Below, piece by piece: positions 10,151-19,475 of a DNA stretch of 19,475 bases (position 1 is its first letter; each line of letters begins with the position of its first letter). Origin of the DNA: Octopus sinensis. Its lineage: Eukaryota. The notes under the pieces are model-generated. The model worked only from the letters and a program-made list of their open reading frames with translations, did not search any database and was not told where the DNA came from. The stretch covers positions 1 to 19,475 of the forward strand of contig NW_021825155.1 of assembly GCF_006345805.1 (NCBI RefSeq). The letters are read 5' to 3'. The translations under genes were made by a program, and so were the position numbers.

Positions 10151-10475
10151 GAGCATTGGAATCACAATCATGAGGTTGTGAGTTCGAATCCTGGTCCCAG
10201 CTGTGTGTTGTGTTCTTGGGCAAGACACTTTATCTCACGTTACTCCAGTTCACTAATCGATAGAAATTAGCTGTGACCCCTCACTGCTGCCAAGCTATAT
10301 CGGCCCTCTTTACCTTTGCCTTGGATAACATCGCTGGCGTAGAGGGGAGGGGCCAGTATGCATGGGCGGCTTCTGATCTTCCATAAACAGCTTTACTCGG
10401 ATTTATGCCTCCGAGGGGAACTTTCTAGGTGCAATCTCATGCTCATTCATGACCGAAGGGGGTCTTTAGCCTTTA
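10151..10475 (+). mobile_element. tRNA-derived SINE (family 3, possibly MetaSINE-like), with the 5' end lost into a (TG)n tract
   Basis: B-box GTTCGAATCC at 10182-10191, then TGTGTTGTGTTCTTGGGCAAGACACTTTATCTCAC core, ending GACCGAAGGGGGTCTTTAGCCTTT. The Meta-domain assignment is from memory and unverified. Confidence 0.8.
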
Positions 10476-10933
10476 TACATACATACACACACACACACAC
10501 TCACACAAACATATATACAGAGAGTGGGTATGCATGTGTAGGATGTGTAGAATGTATAAGTATATGCATACATATATGTATGTATAAATATATGCATATA
10601 TGTATATGTTTACATACGTGAGACAGACAGACAGACAGGGAGCGTGTGTGTTAGAGAATAAAAGTGAGTAAGCGTGAGAGTATGAGAGATTGAGTCTCAG
10701 AAATTTGGTCATTGTTAAATGCATGTCAGTCGCCCACTTGAGGCAATAATATACATCGTTAACAAAGTAATTAACTCTCTAATTGTTCCATTTAATTACT
10801 TCATATGAGCTGTTATTATTAATTCCGACCTTGCTAAGAACATGTTTGCATTCCAGGAAATAATGGCCATCAAACTTGAGTTTACCATATCAATATGTAT
10901 CTATCTATCCTATCCATCTATGTGCGTGTATGC

Positions 10934-10985
<52 letters not shown>

Positions 10986-10989
<4 letters not shown>

Positions 10990-11238
10990 TTCGGGGTTCA
11001 ATTTGGCCAAAACTCTTCTACTATAGCCTTGGGCTGACCAAAGCCTTGTTTGTGTGTCTGTGTTTGTCCTCTCGTCATCGCTTGGCAACCGATGTTGGTG
11101 TGTTTGCGTCCCCGTAAATTAGCGGTTCGACAAAAGGAACCGATAGAATAAATACTGCACTAGTAAAGAATAAATTCTGTGTCGATTTGTTTCACCAAAA
11201 GACACCGCTCCATCATGGCCGCGGTCAAGTAAAAGAGT
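10986..11238 (+). mobile_element. Family 1 SINE with internal deletions
   Basis: CTTCTACTATAGCCTTGGGCTGACCAAAGCCTTG is joined directly to the 3' half ...TTAGCGGTTCGACAAAAGG...CATGGCCGCGGTCAAGTAAAAGAG. It matches 534-1030 and the reverse complement of 13808-14315. Confidence 0.85.
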
Positions 11239-11549
11239 ATACATACATACCTATATACATACACATACATACATATACATACATACATACATACATGCAT
11301 ACATATATACATATATGTGTGTATATATATATATGTGGGTGGGGGTGGAAGAAAAGCTGTATCTTATTCACACAATTCGTTTCACAATTCTACATTTTAC
11401 TCATTGGATATTACAAAAATACTTTATTTTTTATTTTTAAAAAACCTTATTTTTTTCTCATATGTTCACACTGTCTCTCTCTCTCTCTCTCTCAGTTTCC
11501 CCACGTATTTCTAAACTTAACCTGTATACCGTGACCCTTAAACCTAACC

Positions 11550-11990
11550 AATACCTACAACTTAAACCCTAACCTAAAAACTCAAACGCTTGGCCTCTCT
11601 TTTAAACCCTTCTCTCATGCTAAATCCCTAATAAAAGAATTTTTTCTGATACATTTGTCAACTGCTGTTTCTTTAGGTTTAGCCATATCAAATGTCCCTT
11701 CGTTTGTCCTGTTCCCCTAAACTTTATTAAAATAAGTTTCAAATGCAGTTGATTATGGAACCTGTAAATGTGAGAATACCCATAGCTACAACTTATATTC
11801 TAACCCTTTCCCTATTTCTCGTCCTAAATCTTTAATACGAATTCCAAACGATCTTTTCCTGGCATATTTGTCAACTGCTATTTCTGTTAGGCTTAGCGAT
11901 ACCAAAAGTCTCCTTCGATTGTCCTGTTCCCCTAAATATAAATGAAATATAAAATGCAGTTGATTATGGCACCTCTAAACGGGAGAATAC
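11550..11990. repeat. Diverged two-copy tandem repeat, unit about 211-231 bp
   Basis: CTACAACTTA at 11555 and 11786; TTTGTCAACTGCT at 11654 and 11867; GAGAATAC ending at 11779 and 11990. Confidence 0.9.
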
Positions 11991-12342
11991 AAGGTGAGAT
12001 GATGAATGAGATGAGAGGGCAATAATGCCTTTCCAGATATCTAATAATCCCGTAAATGAAATAAAGAATAGTTTTCAAATATGAACAGGCTGAAATTAAG
12101 CCTGTGAGCAGTAAAGCACTTTGACATTGCATAATTACAGCTAATTAGAAGTAATTAAAGATATAATTACTATGTTTATGTTGTATCCTCAATTTGTCTA
12201 AACTGGGAAATTTAGGATGTATTTTATAAGTACCAAGAATTTATAATTTGCTCCCTTCCTCTCTCACTCTCTCTCTCTCTCTTTATGCACAAACTTCTAC
12301 ACATAGGTGTACATACACACACACACACATGCATGCATACAG

Positions 12343-12495
12343 TTTGAGCCGGCAGAACCGTTACTGTCGCCTGGGTTGCTGTTACATGTCATCGATTCGC
12401 TCGATAAAATAAATACTTATTAAGCACGTGGGTTGATATAATCCACTTAAATCCTGACTTGAAATTGCTGGTCGAGTGCCAGAGTTTAAAACCAA
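12343..12495 (+). mobile_element. Degenerate family 2 SINE
   Basis: GAGCCGGCAGAACCGTTA...TCGATAAAATAAATAC...GTGCCAGAGTTTAAAACCAA resembles a recalled Octopus SINE. Confidence 0.55.
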
Positions 12496-12667
12496 TGTGT
12501 GTGTGTGTGTGTATGCCTGTATGTGTATGTATGTGTGTGTGTATGTGTATGTGTGTGTATGTGTGTGTATGTGTGTGTGTATGTGTGTGTATGTGTATGT
12601 ATGTGAGTATGTGTGTGTGTATGCGTGTGCATTTGAAAGTGTGTGTGTGTGTTTGTGTGTATGTGTA

Positions 12668-12734
<67 letters not shown>

Positions 12735-12735
12735 C
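12496..12735. repeat. (TG)n/(TATGTG)n/(TA)n microsatellite
   Basis: Direct reading. Confidence 0.95.
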
Positions 12736-13069
12736 ATTATGTATACTGTTATATTATGTATGTCTGTGTTTGTTCGGTTTGCAAAAAACTTTCTAGCATT
12801 TTGTAAGTAAAATTTTTTAATAGTCTTTAGATTGCCGTGCATAGCTTTACTCAAATCAAATATTTCCCATTTTGTTCCCCTACCTTTCGCCATCTTTGAG
12901 GCAGCTTCATGACCCTGTCCTTCCAGAACTTGCTATATTTCTGGGTCATTAACTTGTCTAAGTAGCTTCTACACTCTTTTAAACAATCAAAGTTCTCCCC
13001 ATTAAGAGAATTCTGCAAGGATCCCAATAAATGATAATTTATCTCCCTAAGCCTGTCTGTCTCTCGTTC

Positions 13070-13224
<155 letters not shown>

Positions 13225-13524
13225 TTGAAATATGGAAATTTTTTCACAATTTTTCCAGGATCCTCATCTTTCAATAAACAGAAAGAAAAAATATCCGGGA
13301 AAAGTGTAAAAATTAAGAGAGAGGGATGAATTTTTGAGATTTTATTTTCAGGATCGAATCCCGCCACCTGCTTCATTTTTTCACTTTTTCCAGAATTTTC
13401 TCTTCTTACTTATTTTTTTATTTTCTATTTTATTATTATTATTTTTTGGGTGGGGCCAAATACGTAAAAAATACAAAGATTTGAACTCTGATAATAATTT
13501 TTCTTTTTAATTTTAACTCGTTAA

Positions 13525-13690
13525 CCAACCACATGTTTCCGGGTGGCACCTCGGGCAACAGATTTGTTTCAGTCATTTACCTGTGGCCATGCTGGAGCGC
13601 TGCCATTAGTCGAGCAAATCGACACCAGGACTTATTTTTTGTAAGCCTATTTGCTTATCGGTCGTCTCTATTTGCTGAACCGCTAAGTAC
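13525..13690. mobile_element. Composite of a + strand 5' fragment and a - strand 3' fragment of the family 1 SINE
   Basis: CCAACCACATGTTTCCGGGTGGCACCTCGGGCAA (13525-13558) is head-like on +. It abuts TTGTTTCAGTCATTTACCTGTGGCCATGCTGGAGC... (13564-13690), which is the SINE tail on -. Confidence 0.7.
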
Positions 13691-13807
13691 GTTATGTTAT
13701 CGTAGTTTTGTAGCTTTGGCTGCTATTTCTAGCGTATGGATACCCTGCTTGAAGGGCTGAAGGGTATATATATATATATTTATATATAATATTTATTTTT
13801 ATATATG

Positions 13808-14117
13808 TTCTTTTATTTTACTTGTTTCAGTCATTTGACTATGGCCATGCTGGAGCACCGCCTCTAGTCGAGCAAATCGACCCCAAGACTTATTCTTTTT
13901 AAGTCCAGCGGTTCTTGCCAAGACGCTAATTGACGGGGATGTAAACACCCCAGCATCGGTTGTCAAGCGATGTTGGAGGGACAAAAAGCACACACACTCA
14001 CACACACCATATATGTTATATATATATTTATATACGACGGACTTCTTTCAGTTTCCATCTCCCAAATATATTCATACACACACACACGCACATATATATA
14101 TATATATATATATATAG

Positions 14118-14148
<31 letters not shown>

Positions 14149-14315
14149 TATTACGACGGGGCTTCCTTCAGTTTCTGTCTACCAGATTCACTCACAAGGG
14201 CTTTGGTCGCCCGAGTCTATAGCAGAAGTCACTCGCTCAAGGTGCCACGCAGTGGGACTGAACCCGGAACCATGTGCTTGGTTCGCAAGCTACTTACGCA
14301 CCGCCAACCCCGCCT
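13808..14315 (-). mobile_element. Near full-length family 1 SINE with a duplicated central junction
   Basis: Reverse complement of the 534-1030 architecture. TACGACGG..CTTC.TTCAGTTTC occurs twice (about 14033 and 14152), separated by microsatellite. Confidence 0.9.
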
Positions 14316-14760
14316 CTATTTCGAGAGTTATCTCCACTTACTTGCCATCTCCTATTCCAACTTAATCTACTTCCGGCATCAGTAAATTGAAATTAATTTG
14401 GACCCCGGATCCGTTGCAACCGTTTAAACTAAACTGAGGTAAGGCAGGCTTTTTTATTTCATTTGGGACCATTTAACGCTTGAATGAACATCCTTCATCT
14501 TAACTCTGTCTGTGTGTCTATAATTAATGATACGATATTAATTATCGTAAAAGTGCGTGATCCAATTATGAGATCAGGAAATTAATGCTTTTGTTTTTCG
14601 TTACGAAACTTACAAGGGCGTGGCCGCTTTGTGGGGGACAGAGATGGAGGTAACACAGAGTAGGGTCTCTGTTAAGTCAGCCTGAAATGGTGGGGTTTTG
14701 TGTAGATGTTTTAACAAGGGTGGATTTCTCCGCTGTGGAAACTAGATACCATTTAATTAA

Positions 14761-14948
14761 GAAGAGTGGTCCTGGTGCGCGCACTCGTTTACTCGCGCAC
14801 GCGCGCTAGATAGTCGTGACTAGTCGATCCTACAACGACTACCTAGCAAAGTAAATGAAACACAAAAACACAAAGTAAGGATCGACTAGTCACGACTAGC
14901 TTGCTCGGATGCGCTTGTACACGATTGCGCGCACCGGGACCACTCGTC
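14761..14948. mobile_element. Foldback MITE-like element with 71-bp imperfect TIRs
   Basis: 14761-14831 pairs with 14878-14948, with 11 mismatches by my count and a perfect inner 21 bp (14811-14831/14878-14898). Flanks are TTAA (14757-14760) and TTAG (14949-14952). Confidence 0.75.
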
Positions 14949-15581
14949 TTAGGTTGTACCCTGTAAATTAATGTGTGTCTATAAATTAAAACTAAATGTG
15001 TGTGTGTGTGTACGTTTGTGTGTGCATGTTGTGTGTGTGTGTGTGTGTGTGTAAAAGTGATAAAGTCAAGTTTCATGTATTTAGTGTCTGTAACTGTAAC
15101 TCCCTCCCACTCCTTTTGCTGTTTTAGCTTTCTTTCTGACCTGTCCATAAATTATCTTTACAACTTCCACACTTCCGAACTTCAAATTGTAAACCCAGTG
15201 TTTATTTCAATACCTCGCTTCCTCCATTTCCTCTCTCTCTTATTCTTCTCTTAGCCTATTTTATTAAGTCTGCTATGCGCATGTATGTATGTGTGTATAA
15301 TATATACTAGCAGTCCCCTGGCCTTTGTCTCGGCGTGTAGTGTACACAAATGTATTCATAAAACATCTTTCGTAATGCTTATGTATTAAGATCTTAATTA
15401 AAGGTTACAAGTCGATACCCTTCACAAGAAATAGTTTTAAATTCCAACGTTAAGTACACACACTCATATAGACACACACACTTATATATATATATATACA
15501 CACATATATATATATACACAACACACACCACCACACATATATATATATATATTATTATATAATACATATATATACGTATAT

Positions 15582-15612
<31 letters not shown>

Positions 15613-15630
15613 TATATACACATATATAAT

Positions 15631-16418
15631 TATGTAGTCACATGATCGATTATACTGCAGGATGTTACACATCACTTGTCACAATGTGCTTCGCATCGTT
15701 TTACGTTTTCAATGATTCCACTCCACTGGTTAGGAAAGCAGGCGAACATTCGGAAGTCTTCGCAAAGGAAGGGCATTGCAAGAATCAAACCCACGATCTA
15801 GCTATTGTGAGGGTAACACCGGAATCACTATGCCATACAGCTACTCACACATGCACACGAGTATACACATACATAGACTTATATATGTACGTTTATGCAT
15901 ATAAAGCAATCATTTTACACCTTTTCTCCATACTACCATGGGTTGTATGAGTATATTATTGATCCATTCTTTTTGGAATATATATATACATATATATATA
16001 CGTTATATATATATCAATATATAGACGTAATATCTACATACATATATATATATGTACAAATATATAATACACATATATTATGTAGTCACATGATCGATTA
16101 TACTGCAGGATGTTTCACATCACTTGTCACAATGTGCTTTGCATCGTTTTACGTTTTCAATGATGCCACTCCACTGGTTAGGAAGCAGGCGAACATTCGG
16201 AAGTCTTCGGAAAGGAGGGCATTGCAAGAATCAAACCCACGATCTAGCTCTTGAGGGTAACACCGGAATCACTATGCATACGCTACTCACACATGCACAC
16301 GAGTACACATACATAGACTTATATATGTACGTTTATGCATATAAAGCAATCATTTTACACCTTTTTCTCCATACTACCATGGGTTGTATGAGTATATTAT
16401 TGATCCATTCTTTTTGGA
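15631..16418. repeat. Near-identical direct duplication (15631-15977 / 16079-16418, period about 448)
   Basis: TATGTAGTCACATGATCG...GATCCATTCTTTTTGGA occurs twice, and the differences are mainly 1-2 nt indels. Confidence 0.95.
15775..15845 (-). mobile_element. Degenerate tRNA-derived SINE head inside the duplicated unit (second copy at about 16222-16290)
   Basis: Minus strand has A-box-like TGGCATAGTGA and B-box-like GGTTTGATTCT. Confidence 0.5.
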
Positions 16419-16674
16419 TCTGGATCCCCTTCATGTTATTAACCCTTACCAGTTGTTCAAGGGATCACTTATTCCAATGGTTCGTCTATTAACAGGGAAA
16501 ATGATAATCTAATCGTTCATAGCTGAGCAATTTTCAGTAAAAGCAAATGGAAACATACACACACACACTCAAGCAGGTGTGTGCATATATATATGCATAC
16601 GTACACTCACACAAACACACAGACACTTCATTTTGGCAGATTTTTCACTGGTCCTCAGATATTGTCCAGTGGTG

Positions 16675-16785
16675 TACGATGGGCTTCTCTCAGATTATCT
16701 CTAATTAATCCACTCAGAAGCCTTGATCAGCCATGGGATTTAGAAGAAGTTACTTGCCCAAGGTGTCATACAGTGGGACAAAACT
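16675..16785 (-). mobile_element. Degenerate 5' fragment of the family 1 SINE
   Basis: TACGATGGGCTTCTCTCAG...TACTTGCCCAAGGTGTCATACAGTGGGAC aligns with 14152-14260. Confidence 0.75.
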
Positions 16786-16788
16786 GGT

Positions 16789-16936
16789 GGTTGGCGTTTG
16801 GAAGGGCATCCAACAGTAACATACCTGATAAAATAGACAGTAGCCCAGGGTAGTTTTTTTCTACCTGGCCTGCTCCTGTCACCCATCTTACTCATGAATG
16901 GATGAAAAGTGGACGTTAAGTGATGATGGCAATGAT
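16789..16936 (+). mobile_element. 3' end of another retroposon (SINE/LINE tail) ending in (TGA)n
   Basis: GGTTGGCGTTTGGAAGGGCATCCA...GAAAAGTGGACGTTAAGTGATGATG resembles a recalled Octopus repeat. Confidence 0.55.
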
Positions 16937-17573
16937 ATATGAATATATATATATATATATATATATAAATATAAATATGTATGTATGTATATATAAGGGA
17001 AATTTATTAAATAATTTTGAAATAGTCATAAAGATATTTGCAAAAATCTATAAAGTAAGCACTTGTTGATAGTGTCTGATTAGATCTCATCTACTTTGCT
17101 AGTGTTTCGACAAAGATCAATACAGGAGGTTTTATTGAACAAACTCTGTTTCATTGATTCTTTTACTATTTTTCGTAAATTTACCTTTCTTCGCAGAATC
17201 AGTTTGTCTTTGATATAAAGTGCCCTCCACCGTAGCTGGGGTATGATCCACAGATTTATAGCTCAACATGTACGCTGCCTTTACGTAGCTGATCAACAGA
17301 CTGTACATTCCAATATTGAGGGTTTAATAGTAACCAGTCAATATGTAATCTAACCTAGAGACACAACACAATGACTGTTGTTAGGTTTATTAGAGTCAAG
17401 AAGAACATTCAGCTATGAATAATACTTTAGATAAACTGAAGTTTACAATATCAATGTTATCTTTTGCAATATTTTAGAACCATCAACTTCTGTTTATTGT
17501 TGTTTAACTCATTTTATAAGTTTTTTTAAAACTGTTTTGCTTTCTTTCTTTTTTGACTGTTTTTATTCAAAAG

Positions 17574-17653
17574 ACATGGAGGATTTCAGACAGAAAATTA
17601 GAAATGGTGACGTCGAAGGAATTCAAAAATTAGTGAAAAAGGATCCAACAATA
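17574..17653 (+). CDS. Coding exon with an ankyrin-repeat-like peptide
   Basis: Long polypyrimidine tract and AG at 17572-17573, then AC ATG GAG...ACA ATA and a GTAAGT donor at 17654. The peptide MEDFRQKIRNGDVEGIQKLVKKDPTI resembles the ankyrin helix-turn-helix pattern (xxxGdvexVkxLl). Confidence 0.6.
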
Positions 17654-17849
17654 GTAAGTTGTTCTCTTTATTGCCTTCTCAAATTTGACTGTTTATTATT
17701 TTATACACAATATGAAATGTTTTATACACAATATGAAAAGTAGCCACATATATTTGTCCATGATATTTCATTTCTTTCTTCACCTCTTTTCTCTAATCCT
17801 CATCATCGACATTTTTATAAATATTTATCCAAACATTGAGACATGGCAG

Positions 17850-18147
17850 AATTGATGGAATGTGAGTGAGAAAGAAATCCATCACACACTGCAATGGGGT
17901 GTTCTGGCGGGAAGTATTCAGTTCAAGAGATGAGAGACAGATGGAGCCGATAAATGGATGGTGACTTTTTAAAGAAGTCCTCTTGCCATACAAAGTTGAA
18001 GGTTTTACTGGTGTCAAGGGCTACACCATTTTTGATAGAATTTGTTACACATATGAAAACACTGGTGTGTCACATAGGAATCAAACCCCACTTTATAAAA
18101 CTGTACTGGTGTTCATTGAATCCAGAAAGACACCTAAAGGGACAAAG
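17850..18147 (+). pseudogene. Possible disrupted ankyrin-like coding remnant
   Basis: Ankyrin-like fragments are spread over frames: HTLQWGVLAGSI, GADKWMVTF*RSPLAI and HRNQTPLYKTVL. There are stops and frame changes, so the evidence is weak. Confidence 0.25.
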
Positions 18148-18510
18148 GTGATTTTTTTAATGAAGTTTAATTTACTATTGAAATATTGGAAGTTAGAATG
18201 ACAGGATGTCAGTCAATAGATGGGATAGTGTCTGCAGGAATATAGAGCAGGGCTTCTCATAGTGGTCACTACCACCAATGTGTGGGGGCCGTGGGAACAT
18301 TTTATATTAGTTTATGTATATATGACACTCAAAGAATATATAACTGAGTTTGGCTGAAGCCTAGTATTAAAGGTTGAATGAGTAAAAAAAGCGAAGTGGT
18401 GATGCATCAAATTACTTATGTGAGGTGGTGTTGTGGTAAGTAGTCACCCACCAGGGTTTGCGAGAAAGGTAAATAAATACCCCCCTTCCCCCGAAAAATG
18501 GCTTCATTGA

Positions 18511-19450
18511 ATAGGCCTGTACATAAGATCGGGACAGTTACAATTTGCCCTGTCATCTGTAGTGGAGGAATTTAAAGTAGCAAAATGTAATATTGTAATG
18601 ATGTAGAGAGACTCTAAGGACGAGCTTGTCAGACATGCAGGTATTACCACAAGGTGTGGGTAACTAGCACCGCTGTCGCTCAGGTTCAACGCATGCTGGA
18701 GTTACACGTCATAATTGGAGCTACATGTTGGGGTCGCCAGGGACTTGGCTCTTTCTATTTCCAACAACGGAAGAAGGCAGACACCAGGAAGAGGCGGGCT
18801 ATGACTCAGAAAGCATTGTGGTACCAGGAGGAAGATACAAGGAAATCAAGAGCTGTGGAGTTGGTATCTCTGAGTGCATGAACTAAATAGGATCTCCCTA
18901 AGAGGAAGCTCTCATGGACTGACCTATGGAGGCTGGAACCTTTGCACATCTCCTTCCTGCATGGAGCGGTGTATGACACACTCCCGATGCCAACAAACCT
19001 ACACAGATAATGTTTGAGGGAAGACCAGCTGTGTAGACTTTGTAGGAAAGGGGTTCTCTGGCACACATCTTGGCAGGGTACTGAATAACACTTTCTCAAA
19101 GCAGATACAAATACTTGCTCACACCCTGGAGCAGTAAAAGTGTAAGAATCATCATCACCAAGGGAATATAACTGCCGCAATTAAGTTCGTGGAAGAGGGA
19201 GAGAAAGCAGTAAAGCTAGCAAAAGCAATACACATCTTGCTGCAAGGGTCTCAACAATGGGATATGAAGGTAGACTTAGGGAAGAGATTGCAGTTTCCCC
19301 AGGATATCCATACAACCCTGAGGCCTGATGTGGTCCTGTGGCCTGAAAAGGCTCAGAAAATTATCATAATTGAATGAACAGTCACGTGGGGAGCGGGTTG
19401 TAACGAGGCCCATGAACGGAAGTGTGACAGATATAAGAGATTTCTGCAGG
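18511..19450 (+). mobile_element. Decayed 3' fragment of an RLE-type non-LTR retrotransposon (HERO-like)
   Basis: The stitched translation gives IGLYIRSGQLQFALSSVVEEFKVAKC, GRQGLG, DLPKRKLSWTDLWRLEPLHISFLHGAVYDTLPMPTNLHR and a zinc knuckle C-x2-C-x7-H-x4-(C>Y) from 19032. It continues WDMKVDLGKRLQFPQDIHTTLRPD (RPD at 19321-19329) and IIIE*TVTW...EAHERK. There are several stops and frameshifts and no RT domain. Confidence 0.9.
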
Positions 19451-19475
19451 CTCCATTCACTTTGGTGAATAGATA

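Noticed and set aside
10151-10200. tRNA gene suggested by the B-box GTTCGAATCC
   Set aside because: There is no cloverleaf, and it continues into a SINE body, so it is a SINE head.
15631-16418. CRISPR-like or prokaryotic repeat arrays anywhere in the window
   Set aside because: There are no short direct repeats with unique spacers. The repeats are eukaryotic duplications and microsatellites.
16630-16665. Minus-strand CTGAGGA-CCAGT-GAAA
   Set aside because: Stem II cannot pair, and there is no stem III, UH or stem I partner.
18248-18500. CAGGGCTTCTCA resembling a hAT transposon terminus
   Set aside because: I found no matching right TIR or 8-bp TSD.
18806-19180. 124-aa minus-strand ORF
   Set aside because: It is the antisense shadow of the retrotransposon remnant on +, with no independent support.

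Overview
Repeat-dense, AT-rich eukaryotic DNA. It is most likely from an octopus/cephalopod genome, inferred from recalled SINE families and the microsatellite landscape rather than from a search. Almost all ORFs in the supplied track are microsatellite artefacts. The main result is a pair of outward-facing minimal type I hammerhead ribozymes (3185-3234 on -, 7102-7152 on +). They sit near the outer ends of a ~1 kb inverted repeat (3164-4139 / 6167-7173) around a ~2 kb TG/TA-rich spacer. This layout resembles a non-autonomous Penelope-like element with an inverted, truncated pseudo-LTR. Both ribozymes keep the core and stems I and III, but have a non-canonical U.U at the base of stem II and a palindromic CUAG in loop 3. 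The window also holds a 1.2 kb almost pure A/T array and many tRNA-derived SINE copies. There is a 188-bp CpG-rich foldback MITE-like element, several local duplications, one well-formed exon with an ankyrin-like peptide (17574-17653), and a decayed 3' fragment of an RLE-type (HERO-like) non-LTR retrotransposon at the right end.
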